A DNA stretch of 64,000 nucleotides from Octopus bimaculoides (lineage: Eukaryota): contig NC_068984.1 in NCBI RefSeq assembly GCF_001194135.2, positions 24,511,671 through 24,575,670 of the forward strand, in the 5' to 3' direction. Under the pieces are notes generated by a model. The model searched no databases. It had not been told where the DNA came from and was given only the letters and a program-made list of their open reading frames with translations. Numbering within the stretch: the first letter of the stretch is position 1; each line of letters begins with the position of its first letter. A program made the translations under genes and the position numbers. Below, piece by piece: positions 12,381 through 24,110 of the stretch.

Positions 12381-13155
12381 TATATATCTACNNNNNNNNN
12401 NNNNNNNNNNNNNNNNNNNNNNNNNNNNNNNNNNNNNNNNNNNNNNNNNNNNNNNNNNNNNNNNNNNNNNNNNNNNNNNNNNNNNNNNNNNNNNNNNNNN
12501 NNNNNNNNNNNNNNNNNNNNNNNNNNNNNNNNNNNNNNNNNNNNNNNNNNNNNNNNNNNNNNNNNNNNNNNNNNNNNNNNNNNNNNNNNNNNNNNNNNNN
12601 NNNNNNNNNNNNNNNNNNNNNNNNNNNNNNNNNNNNNNNNNNNNNNNNNNNNNNNNNNNNNNNNNNNNNNNNNNNNNNNNNNNNNNNNNNNNNNNNNNNN
12701 NNNNNNNNTATATATATATATATATATATATATGGCTCCTGTACAGGTGGCATGTAAAATACACCATTTCGAGCGTGGCCGTTTTCGTGCGGGTGACACG
12801 TAAAAGCACCCACTACACTCTCTGAGTGGTTGGCGTTAGGAAGGGCATCCAGCTGTAGAAACTCTGCCAAATCAGACTGGAGCCTGGTGTTGCCATCCGG
12901 TTTCACCAGTCCTCAGTCAAATCGTCCAACCCATGCTAGCATGGAAAGCGGACGTTAAACGATGATGATGATGATGATGATATATATCTACATCAAGTTG
13001 AGATTTCCTTTGGTGTTTTCATGGCAACAGAAAAACAGAAACAACAAACTCAGAGCAGCAATGGAGTGAAGCCTCAACTTGAAATAAGTGAATAAATCCC
13101 TACTTGTTTTGAGTAATTTTTTTTACCCATTTGTAAATTCAGATGTATGTGCATA

Positions 13156-13204
13156 CTCTCTCTCTCTCTCTCTCTCTCATACACACACACACACACACAC
13201 ACAC
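13156..13204. repeat. Compound (CT)n(AC)n microsatellite
   Basis: Direct reading. Confidence 0.95.
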
Positions 13205-13706
13205 AGAGATTTAAATCAATTTGCTTTTTTATATTTTAATTTTTTCTTGATATTTGATATATTAAAATCTGGCAATTGTTATTGGTTGTCACATGTCATC
13301 ACAGATCAACAAACAGTTCACTGGTTTTTAACAAGAGCTTTGACTTTGGCTAGAATCATTTATTTGGAGTGCCTTTGGCTGATGAGACATAGCAATGTTG
13401 AAACACTGGCTCTCCCAGAGTCTTTGCACTAATGACTCATAAGTGTTATGAATACACATTGGTTCTAATGGAGAAGTTGTTCTGTGATGAAACACAACAA
13501 TTAACATACTCACACTGCTGTTGCTCCTGACACTCTCTATTAGATGACGTTTCAGCAAAGAATTAATTCATTCAACATTAAATGAGGCAAATGAATTTTT
13601 AAATTAATACAACACTATTTTATGTCTCATTAAAGATGTCAAAACAGGAGCATATAGTCTTCATTAAAGATATAATATTTTGTAAAATGTTACTTTACAT
13701 TTTCAG

Positions 13707-13898
13707 TCTCCCAGAGAATCACATCCTTCCTTTTGATGCAAAAGACAATTTCTGGGAAATGGGAGAAACTGGTCCCTGTGGGCCTTGTTCAGAGATTCAT
13801 TTTGACAGAATTGGTGGACGAGATGCCAGCCACTTAGTAAATATGGATGATCCTAATGTCCTTGAGATTTGGAACTTGGTTTTCATTCAGTTCAACAG
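13707..13898 (+). CDS. AARS1: AARS1 coding exon 4
   Basis: [26 protein letters not shown]...[13 protein letters not shown]; donor GTGAGT; 192 nt. Confidence 0.98.
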
Positions 13899-13943
13899 GT
13901 GAGTATCATTCTATCACTCTTTCACGCATAAACTCTCTCAGTT

Positions 13944-14402
13944 TTATTATTATTATTATTTTATGTTTGACTTTTGTTTTACATTTGTACAAGTTGGATC
14001 CAAGTCTCACCCAGAGACCTCAAGAGACAACAAGTTAGAAGTTCATGTAGGTGTTATGCCTAGGGTACCATATATTTGGATTTATACAGTTTTGTTCTAG
14101 TGAATGTTTAAGAAACCATAAGAAAATTATGTGTTTGTTTCAAAATTTGAGATCACATAGACAGTATTTTACGTAGGATATGGGCAGTTCCCATGAGCAC
14201 TATCTTTTGAACTTCAGCCATTTTGGGGTTTCCTGGTATCTGAGCTAGGTAGTAATCAGCCTGTTTCGCTGTCATTCCCAGGGCACCTATGACAATAGGT
14301 ATTGTTTTCGTTTTCAGATTCCACATTTTGCTAATTTCTATTTCAAGATCTTTATATTTGCTCAGTTTTTGGTAGGTCTTGACAGATACGTTATTATTAT
14401 TA

Positions 14403-14437
<35 letters not shown>
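13944..14437 (-). mobile_element. 5'-truncated R4/Dong-clade non-LTR retrotransposon (end of RLE endonuclease + 3' UTR) embedded in (TAA)n
   Basis: KLSKYKDLEIEISKMWNLKTKTIPIVIGALG...QKIVLMGTAHILRKILS; (TTA)n at 13944-13960 and 14391-14437. Confidence 0.75.
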
Positions 14438-14939
14438 TGAGAGAGCAGTGCATGCCATCAACATGACACTGGGGTAAAGTATACGAAGCCCAGTATACCC
14501 ATCATGACTTCCCATTTGATAAGGGTACACCAGGCACATACATCACAACCATATGTGTGCAACATGGTGATCTCATATCAAGATAAACAGTGCATAACCT
14601 TGCCGATGGATCCCAGTTAGTGAGTGAATGCCTGCTACTGATGAAGTGCAAACATGCTGATCTCACATGCTCTAGCAGTTCCACCACCAGTGTTGGACTA
14701 TTTCTCGTCTGCTACCAACATCAATATGTCTGTACTTCTTAGCACTAAATGTCTATATGAGAATATTTCTCAAGGCATTTTAACAATATATCCACATTAA
14801 GTAGGATATAAAAATTGCCATAAGTACCAGTTGAACACTGGGATTGATGTAGGTCCTCTCCTGAAATTGCTAGTTTTGTGCTAAAATTTGAAACCACTAT
14901 AGTTATGTATAGTCTTTTTTAACATGTTTGTGTACATCC

Positions 14940-15290
14940 AGACATGGAAAGACAAAACACTGAGTGTTGGGCCTGACAGAGGAGAGGTGGCTGAGTTCCT
15001 TTCGAGTGTTGGGCCTCGTGGAGGCAATGACCAAGACCTTTGGCATTATGTCATGCTTGAGAATAAGACCCATCAAGCCGAGCAAATTTAAAGTTGTGGC
15101 AGATACCGGTGTCATGCAAATTGGCACCCATGCCAGTGACACGTAAAAGTTCCCGTTACACTCTCAGAGTGGTTGGTTGGCATTAGGAAGGGCATCCAGC
15201 TGTAGAAAACCATGTCAAATCAGACTGGATCCTGGTGCAACCATCCAACCCATGCCAGCATGGACAATGGACGTTAAATGATTATGATGA
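14940..15290 (+). mobile_element. Older RTE LINE 3' end
   Basis: Shared AGGAAGGGCATCCAGCTGTAGAAAC core and degenerate GAT tail. Confidence 0.7.
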
Positions 15291-15456
15291 AACGTTAAAT
15301 AACACTATACATAATTATATTTCATTCAACACTGCTTAATGCACTTTTATCAATTTTTTGTATTAATATTTTTATAAAGCTGATTTTATTCTGTTCTTTG
15401 TCTCCTCACCATCATTTGATATTATTGACACATATTCTTTTTTATTTATCAAACAG

Positions 15457-15601
15457 AGAAGCTGATAGTTCATTATCTAATTTGCCCAAAAAGCATATTG
15501 ACTGTGGTATGGGTTTTGAGAGATTGGTCTCTGTACTGCAGGAAAAAATGTCCAATTATGATACAGATGTATTTACACCAATTTTTGAGGCAATTCAAAA
15601 G
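15457..15601 (+). CDS. AARS1: AARS1 coding exon 5
   Basis: [31 protein letters not shown] (class II motif 3); 145 nt. Confidence 0.98.
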
Positions 15602-15650
15602 GTATGTCATAATAGATGTTTAGTAGAAAGTGGGTTATACATCTTTAGAT

Positions 15651-15946
15651 TGTATACCTGACTTTCTACTATAAAATTAAGGAAATAGACGGAATGCTGA
15701 ACTCCAGACTAAACAACTCAAACAACATTTATTTACTTGGTAAAACATACATATCTTTAGTTATACATCTTTAGAGGTGAGAATAACGAGCTGTCGAGTA
15801 TAAGACCGAAAGATGTAGGGACAGCTTTTAAACACACGTCCATGCTCAATCGCTGGCCAGCGAGAAAGAGAATGAATTGAGCGGGAAACGCTTGCTTGTT
15901 TAATTCTACGCATGCGTAAGACTACGCATGCGCAGGCGTTACTACA
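15651..15946 (-). mobile_element. Probable solo LTR (296 bp), antisense to AARS
   Basis: TGTA...TACA termini; read on minus: CpG-rich motifs, TTTAAAA, then AATAAA (15733-15728); flanks share only GAT. Confidence 0.55.
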
Positions 15947-16379
15947 GATGTTTGCTGTTATGTGTTTTATTTTTTACTTTTTTCAGTCGTTGGAACGTGG
16001 CCATTCTGGGCCACCTTTCAGTGTTTTTAGTTAAACAGATCAATCCCAGTACTTATTTTAAGGTCTGGTACATATTCTATTGATCTCTTTTGCTGAACTA
16101 CTAAGATAGAGAATGTAAACATTCAGCACCAGTTGTCAAATGGTGGTGACAAACAGACTCTAAGCCCCCCACCATCACCACATGACAAGCTTTCACACAG
16201 TTTTTGTCTATCAAACTCTCTCATAAGACATTGGTCAGCTCAGAGTTATAGTAGAAGACACTTGCCCAAAGTGCTGTGCAGTGGGACTGAACCTGAAACC
16301 ATGTGGTTGCAAAGCTATCTTCTCAACCATACAGCTAAGCCTTCTCCTGTTTCTACAAGATTTTATTTTGAGATTGTCA

Positions 16380-16787
16380 GAGCAGTTGTCTGGCTTCCGT
16401 GCCAATGGCACGTTAATAGCACCATTTGAGCGTGATCGTTACCAGCATCGCCTTACTGGCACTTGTGCCAGTGGCACGTGAAAAAACATTCGAGCAAGGT
16501 CATTACCAGTGCCGCTGGACTGGCTCCTGTGCAGGTGGCACGTAAAAAGCACCATTTTGAGCGTGGCCGTTGCCAGTACCGCCTGACTGGCCCTCGTGCT
16601 GGTGGCACGTAAAAGCACCCACTACACTCTCAGAGTGGTTGGCGTTAGGAAGGGCATCCAGCTGTAGAAGCTCTGCCAGATCAGATTGGAGCCTGGTGCA
16701 GCCATCTGGTTCGCCAGTCCTCAGTCAAATCGTCCAACCCATGCTAGCATGGAAAGCGGATGTTAAACAATGATGATGATGATGATG
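16380..16787 (+). mobile_element. RTE LINE 3' end with several GGTGGCACGTAAAA subrepeats
   Basis: Same tail family, (GAT)n end. Confidence 0.85.
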
Positions 16788-17501
16788 GTAACCATTTATA
16801 AATCAAATAAATGTATATCTAAGCTGTTGGTTTTGTGCAATAACGACATGGTCTTGAATTCCCAAATGGCATTATAGAGAGTGTCCAGATTTTTGTCCTT
16901 GTACAATTCTCTTAAATAAAATATGGATGGGTGTACACAAAAGTGTGTGATTAAGAAGTTCTCTTTGCAACACATGATTTAAGCCCCCACTATGCATCAC
17001 CCTTTGCAAATGTATGTATCTGTGTGTGTGTAGCCTACTTTTGACGTAATATGATGGTAGTTAGTAAATGAGCATCACTTTCATACTAGCAATGTTGTTC
17101 GTTTCCAGTCTTCCATAAAAAATATGTCTGGTCATGGGAAAATGTAACTTTTGCTTGGAAACAGATGGGGGTTGGCAACAAGAAGGGCATCTGACTGTAG
17201 AAAATCTACCTCAAGAAATTCCGTCTGACCCATGCAAGCATAGAAGAATGGATGTTAAATGATGATGATGGTGATATTTTTTCCTTAAATTAAGCTGAAG
17301 TGATGTATGTTGTGTTGAAGGATGAAGCAGAGACTAAAAGCTTGGGGAAAATATATTGGAAGTTACATGTAGGAGTGAAGAGTTTATGGGATGTAGATGA
17401 CCTGGCCAAGAGGTTAGTTGTAGGGTTTTGAAGGTCACAAGATTGGCAAAAGAGGAAATGAATGAAAAAAAAAATTAGAAAAGAGATTATCATTAGTTAT
17501 G

Positions 17502-17885
17502 TACTCTTTTACTGGTTTCAGTCATTTGACTGTGGCCATGCTGGAGCACTGCCTTTAGTCGAGCAAATTGACCCCAGGACTTATTCTTTGTAAGCCTAGT
17601 ACTTATTCTATTGGTCTCTTTTGCTGAACTTCTAATTTACGGGGACGTAAACACACCAGCATCGGTTGTCAAGCGATGTTGGGTGAGACAAACACAAACA
17701 CACACACATACATATATACATATATGACGGGCTTCTTTCAGTTTCCGTCTACCAAATCCACTCAAGGCTTTGGTCGGCCCGAGGCTATAGTAGAAGAAAC
17801 TCGCCCAAGGTGCCACGCAGTGGGACTGAACCCGGAACCATGTGGTTGGTAAGCAGGCTACTTACGACACAGCCACTCCTACGCC
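17502..17885 (-). mobile_element. tRNA-derived SINE with CORE-like segment and internal (TG)n (family D), full length
   Basis: Reverse complement of 56897-57280; many partial copies (about 2060, 6370, 11140, 15985, 35630, 43040, 60010, 61380). Confidence 0.8.
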
Positions 17886-18401
17886 TATATATTTATTTAC
17901 ACTTCACTCGTCATCATCATTTAACATCCACATTGCATGGATCAGACAGAATTTGTTGAAGAAGATTTTTTTACAGTTGGATGCCTTTCCTGTTGCCAAT
18001 CCTCACCCGTTTCCAAGCAAGGCATTATTTTCTCACTGAAGACTGGAAATGAACAGCTTCACTTGTATAATGATGACGGTCATTTACAACCATCATGTGA
18101 TGTCCAGACATGTGTCTGGTATATAGCATCTCATGTTATATCACGAGTGTGTTTCATTCTATTTGTGATGTCCAGTATTCCCAAGTTTGTGTGAGCTACT
18201 TCATTCTTCCATCTTCATTGAGATGCTTGATGAAGCGGTACTATGAGTACTTTTCATCCAGCAGGTATTAGCCAGTTTGTTGTTTTTTACCTTATTATCG
18301 GTATTATAAATACTAATATTTATTGAATTTAATTATATAACCTAGTTATAACAATTTCTTGGTAATATAACCTAGTCTTGATATGTTTCCTGTGTGTCTA
18401 G

Positions 18402-18547
18402 GGGACTGATTGCCCTGTATACAGTGGTAAAATTGGTGCTGAGGATGTGGATGGAATTGACATGGCCTACCGAGTACTTGCAGATCATGCCCGAACATTG
18501 ACAGTAGCTTTGTCTGATGGAGGACGACCAGACAACAGTGGTCGTGG
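18402..18547 (+). CDS. AARS1: AARS1 coding exon 6
   Basis: [32 protein letters not shown]; 146 nt. Confidence 0.98.
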
Positions 18548-18976
18548 GTAAGGTTTTACTCCCTTCTTTATATTACGTTTTTAGAAACATTTGATGTGAA
18601 ACAACTGACAGATGAGGTATTGGATTCTTGTCCAATTAATTGTGAACTTGTATCTTGTAGTAAAGTACTCTTGTGGACATGCTTACAAAATCAAAAACCA
18701 ACACAGCACCCACACCTTTCGGAAACCTTTTTTTCACACTCAAAATTGCTGAAGCATGGAATAAACTACCTGCATCAGTAGTTGGCTACCGGGATACTGC
18801 ATCCTTTAAAACTTCCATGCTTCCTGAAATTTGCCAACAGTACACTTGATGTCACCCCCACCTTTTTTTAACAACTCATTCACTGTTCACTTCCTGTGCA
18901 CTATTCTATGTACTTTTCATGCACTTTTGGCTGCTTCTGATGAACTGTAATGAACTTGAGCACTGTATACAATAAT

Positions 18977-18979
<3 letters not shown>

Positions 18980-19022
<43 letters not shown>
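18980..19022. repeat. (ATT)n microsatellite
   Basis: Direct reading. Confidence 0.95.
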
Positions 19023-19024
<2 letters not shown>

Positions 19025-19496
19025 CTTAAATCTATTTGTTAGAGATAAATGCTTTGTCTTTAATGATGCAATGATTGAGATTCTAATACACTTCAGAACT
19101 TCCTTCAATATTCACTTGAGTTTAAACCTAAAGCTATTTAGACAGATGACTCCCTTTACACTCACATATGCACCAGCCATACCAACCAACCAACCAACCA
19201 ACCAATTAATAACTTGTTAATTGATACAGTTATAGAACCAATATTCTTTAGCCTCATTATTTGCTAATCAGTTTAGTAACATTTTGGTTTCATCTTGGAT
19301 TTCTTAAAGCCCCCTCACCCTTTTGGAAATATTGGTAATCTATGATTACAATCATAATAGTTGTAGATCATTTTGTATTTGAAGTATTGTTGTTTGTTGA
19401 TGCTTTAATTAAAGTATTGTTTATAAATTGTAACTAGTTGACTGTCAGCTCTATCTTTTACCATGGCTTTAATATAATTCTATATTACTATTTCAG

Positions 19497-19605
19497 TTAT
19501 GTTTTGCGTCGTATCCTCAGGCGTGCTGTCCGCTATGCTACAGAAAAACTCCAGGCCAAACCAGGATTCTTTGCATCTCTTGTGGATACTGTTGTTGCCA
19601 TTCTG
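19497..19605 (+). CDS. AARS1: AARS1 coding exon 7
   Basis: [18 protein letters not shown]; 109 nt. Confidence 0.98.
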
Positions 19606-20379
19606 GTAATGCTATAGTTATTCAGTTTATTAATGTTGTATATTAATTATGGTGAGTGCCATTAAAATAAAAGACCAATTCTTGGTCAACCAGATCTTCC
19701 TCCTCCTCTTCCTCTACCAAAGTTTTCAATTTCTTTTTTGCTGTCTCAAAGTAACTGCCTTTTGTTATTCTTTTTGTTGTTTTTTACCTCATTTTTGTTA
19801 CAAACACAAGGAGTGATCAACATTGGTAAAAAAAACAAAACAACTGTTCTCTGATTATTTACTGAAATTTGTTACTGAACAACTACTGTGGTTGAACCCA
19901 TCTTCTTTAACATGTCCCTCTACACCTTGCACACAATACTTGCAACACAAGTTCTCTCTGTGGTCCACTCATATCCGTACTGCAGCAGATGAGACAAAAA
20001 AATGCAGCCTACAATGCTTGGGGAAAGTCACCCACCTCCACAAACTGGAGTGCTCCAGAACTGCATTTCTTGTAAGACCATTCGAACTGAAAAGTATGTC
20101 TTCCTGCATCACAGCTTACAAGCTCTCCCACCTCAGAAACTAACCTGATCCTTTTGATCCTTTGCCAAAAGGAACTCTACCTACTTTGTGAAACCCTGCT
20201 TCCCTTCATTTCTCCACATTTGCTGCCTGCTATATATCCAGCTCTACACTGTACACATTAGGTGAGTCCCCTTCAGAACCATCCCTTTCCAAACCATTAG
20301 GCTGAATCATCATGTAAACATACACACCTAGTTTGAAAGTATTGCTGGTCACTTCTAACCAAGAAGGCCACTGACCATG

Positions 20380-20800
20380 GCAATGTCTTTTTCAGTATCC
20401 TCAAACAATCCACTTCAGATCTAGCCCTTCATAAAATCTTCAGTTTCTCCCACCACCCATGATACATACTGATCTTGAAACCTGCTACATGTCCTAGTCT
20501 CAAGAAGCTGCCATCTCTGTCTCACTGCCAAATACTAACCTGTTCTATTGGAGACCTACTCTCCTATATTAATCACCATTGGACTGTCACCTCCAAGAAA
20601 TTTAGTGAACACTGTTCTTATTGTTGACATCACTGTTGCTTTCGCCCATGTCTGTCATGTGAATTTCTCGCCAAATCTTCCTGCCTCTGGGCTCCATGTG
20701 TCTCTTTTGTCTTGGATTGGTAGCTTTACACTCTTGTGAAAGATGCGAATGTCACAGAATCTTTGTCTTCTTCTATAAATTTATGGCTTGTGCTTTACTA
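20380..20800 (+). mobile_element. Highly degenerate CR1/L2/Jockey-like RT C-terminal relic
   Basis: Interrupted translation with SDLQKIFSF and FRPCLSC, reminiscent of 'IRPCLEY..IW'; weak. Confidence 0.3.
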
Positions 20801-21016
20801 AGAAGCCCTTACTTCCTTAATTCTTTCCATGTTTTACTATTGCTTTCAATTTATCATAAGTTAGTGTTGGAATTTTTGCAGACCTTTTATTATTATAAAT
20901 GTGTTTCCTGCCACTAATTGTAATGATCACTACCAAAAGCAGTCATATTAATTATTGATTTTTTTTACTCTTATATTTTCTAATATTTTTTTTTGTTTTG
21001 TTTTTTCAATTTACAG

Positions 21017-21055
21017 AAATCAACTTTCCCTGAAGTTGCTAAAGATCCTCAGATG
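21017..21055 (+). CDS. AARS1: AARS1 coding exon 8 (39-nt mini-exon, KSTFPEVAKDPQM)
   Basis: TTACAG acceptor and G|GTAAG donor; supplies the conserved FPE..KDP.M segment. Confidence 0.92.
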
Positions 21056-21659
21056 GTAAGCTCCTTGCTATTAAAATACAATAATTTTAAATATATATGT
21101 ATATCCACTGAAGAAAAAAAAAGTGTTACATTTTGCAGCATTGTCTTTTTTTTTTGAACCCCAAAATATTTCTTCACGACAGTTGTCTTAAATTCAAATA
21201 AATTGGTTGGTAAAAAAATAAGTGGGTGTAAAATGGAGACATTAAAACATGTAGTCTTAACCTTATTTTAATCTGAAAGATTAATTAAGGTGAATGTTTT
21301 TGATCTTTTGTCTGAACTTGCTATAATAAAATTTCAAAATAATTAACTATCATGTACAATGTTAGACTAAATTATTCAATTAATATTTCAAAGTTAATAC
21401 TCTGCTGTATTACTAGTTGTTAATTAACAATATAACTGCCAAGTACTGGATATGGGTTAATTGGCATAGTGAAAGGTTGATATTTTAGCCTATTTGTTAT
21501 ATTTCTATATTTTCTTATATGACACAGTCATGATCTATTTGCAAAATAAAAAAGAACTTTATAGCTGATAATAAAAATGGTAAAAAGAAAACAAAAACTT
21601 GCCACTAATATTTTTCTACATGGATCCTGTCTATTTTTTATAATTATTTTTCATTTTAG

Positions 21660-21771
21660 GTGAAAGATATCATTAATGAAGAAGAAAGCCAGTTTCTGAA
21701 GACACTCTCCCGTGGGCAGAGACTTTTACAAAGAAGCATTGCCAAATTAGACGGGAAGAAATCTCTTCCAG
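21660..21771 (+). CDS. AARS1: AARS1 coding exon 9
   Basis: [19 protein letters not shown]...KSLPG; 112 nt. Confidence 0.97.
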
Positions 21772-22136
21772 GTACTGCAGTTCTTCTATATTTATTACAT
21801 TGGGCACCTTTGTGACATTTACTCTATTAATACAAATACCATATATTTTTTTATTACTATATTTCTTTCAACCTATCATTGTTGCAGTATTTTCTTTTTT
21901 TTTTTTAATGATAAAAACAAATGTAATTCCCTAATTTTATTAAATGTGGCGATTTGTCTGCCTCTTTGCAATCCTTAGTCTCCAACAGTCCTAATCTTGT
22001 ATAATCTTACAGACCTATCAGTCTAGCCAGCTAATTCTTGAAAAATGCAGGCATCTTAAGCTTAGTATTATATGTAACCTCTACTCCTACAAGAAAGTTA
22101 TATGGAAAAGTACTAATTTCTCATCTTCTGTTTCAG

Positions 22137-22261
22137 GTGATATTGCATGGCGACTGTATGATACTTATGGTTTTCCAATTGACCTGACTCAACTAATTGT
22201 TGATGAGCATGGTTTGGTAGTTGACATGGATGCCTATGAAGAAGCCCGGAAAGCTTCTCTG
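22137..22261 (+). CDS. AARS1: AARS1 coding exon 10
   Basis: [20 protein letters not shown]; 125 nt; donor GTTAGT. Confidence 0.97.
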
Positions 22262-22290
22262 GTTAGTTGCAACATTTTAACAATTGTCAT

Positions 22291-23027
22291 CGTATGCTCC
22301 GTTGGATGTGTAATGTCAATGTGAATACCCGTCAGAGAGTAAGTATCTTGAGAGAAAAGCTGAACATTAGAAGCATCAGTTGTGGCGTGCAAGAGAGACG
22401 ATTGCGCTGGTATGGACATGTGGTGAGAATGGAGGAGGATAGCTGCGTGAAAAAGTGCCACACCCTAACAGTTGAGGGAACCTGTGGAAGAGGTAGGCCC
22501 AGGAAGNNNNNNNNNNNNNNNNNNNNNNNNNNNNNNNNNNNNNNNNNNNNNNNNNNNNNNNNNNNNNNNNNNNNNNNNNNNNNNNNNNNNNNNNNNNNNN
22601 NNNNNNNNNNNNNNNNNNNNNNNNNNNNNNNNNNNNNNNNNNNNNNNNNNNNNNNNNNNNNNNNNNNNNNNNNNNNNNNNNNNNNNNNNNNNNNNNNNNN
22701 NNNNNNNNNNNNNNNNNNNNNNNNNNNNNNNNNNNNNNNNNNNNNNNNNNNNNNNNNNNNNNNNNNNNNNNNNNNNNNNNNNNNNNNNNNNTGTGCGGGT
22801 GGCACATAAAAGACACCATTTCGAGCGTGGCCGTTTTCGTGCGGGTGACACGTAAAAGCACCCACTACACTCTCTGAGTGGTTGGCGTTAGGAAGGGCAT
22901 CCAGCTGTAGAAACTCTGCCAAATCAGACTGGAGCCTGGTGTTGCCATCCGGTTTCACCAGTCCTCAGTCAAATCGTCCAACCCATGCTAGCATGGAAAG
23001 CGGACGTTAAACGATGATGATGATGAT
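22291..23027 (+). mobile_element. Young 5'-truncated RTE LINE spanning an N gap
   Basis: MLRWMCNV...RRLRWYGHVVRM...GRGRPRK, then 3' UTR and (GAT)n. Confidence 0.9.
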
Positions 23028-23220
23028 TTAACATTCGTTTTCCATGCTGACATGAGTTGGGCAGTTTGACAGGAATAAGCAGGTCAGAAGACTACACCGA
23101 GCTCTGCTGTCTGTTTTGGCATGGTTTCTATGGCTAGTTACACTTCCTGATGCCAACCACTTTACAGAGTGTACTGTGTGCTTTTTATGTGGCATTAGCA
23201 GCAGTGAGGTCACCGAGTAA
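23028..23220 (-). mobile_element. Older RTE 3' end, tail-to-tail with the 22291-23027 copy
   Basis: TTTAACATTCGTTTTCCATGCTGACATGAGTTGG is the inverted tail family. Confidence 0.65.
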
Positions 23221-23967
23221 GTTGCTGGACAAGACCCCTCAACTGGTCAGGAGTAGTATTGAAGAACAGAGAAGTATCTTGCATTAGATGAGAGACATAG
23301 CTTCCTCAGATGAAGAGAGATAGAAGAGAAAAATAGTGAAGATGTAAAAGAAAGGGCAGGGGCCATACCCCTAAGTTACAGGGTAGTGTACATAGTGGGG
23401 GGAACCAGGGATTGGAGAGGGTTGATAGGCAGGTGAGTTCATAAGATTTCGAACAGAGAAAAAGAGCTAAGAATGGGATTTAATAAGAGCATATTGTGTG
23501 CAGACAGTTAGGTGGACACTTGAGGGAGAATGAAAAGGAGTGGGGAAACAGCAGTGGTGAGCCTGAGTGGGTTGTGAGAGAGGGAGGGGGTCATAGACAT
23601 AGATTTTACATTGCTGGGCAGGTCTTCTCAAGTACAGCTTATCACGAGTCACCTCAATCCTCTGTCATCTCTTCTGTGAGGCTCAATTCTATCTATTGTA
23701 AGCAATTTAGAGAACTGTATTAAAAAGTGTCTTTAATTATGTTGTGAATTTATAATGAAGGTGTAAAAAAACTTGGAGATATGCACACTGAAGATATAGA
23801 TTAGTTTCCAGGTTTTTGAAATTTCAGATCATTTACTCTTTGCTTAAGGTTTTAAGGGAATAAAACAAATGAAGATTAGTCTCAAAATATTAAAAGATTA
23901 GTGGTCAAAATATTACAGAACCTACAAGTGGCCCAGTTTATCTCATACATAAGTATCATAGAGTAGG

Positions 23968-24110
23968 ACCCAAAATGGTTTAGTCTATTTAAGTAAATAG
24001 GTAACACAAAAGAACCCAAAATGGTTTAGTCTATTTAAGCAAACAGGTAACACAGAAGGATCCAAAATGGTTTTGTCTATTTAGGCAAATAGGTAGGTAA
24101 CACAGTAGGA
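23968..24110. repeat. 46-bp minisatellite, about 3 units
   Basis: A(C/T)CCAAAATGGTTT units start at 23968, 24014 and 24060. Confidence 0.9.

Noticed and set aside
12317-12906. Long ORFs in the supplied track around 12.3-12.9, 22.3-22.9, 27.4-28.7 and 46.5-47.1 kb
   Set aside because: They run through N gaps; the non-N parts are RTE tails or microsatellites.
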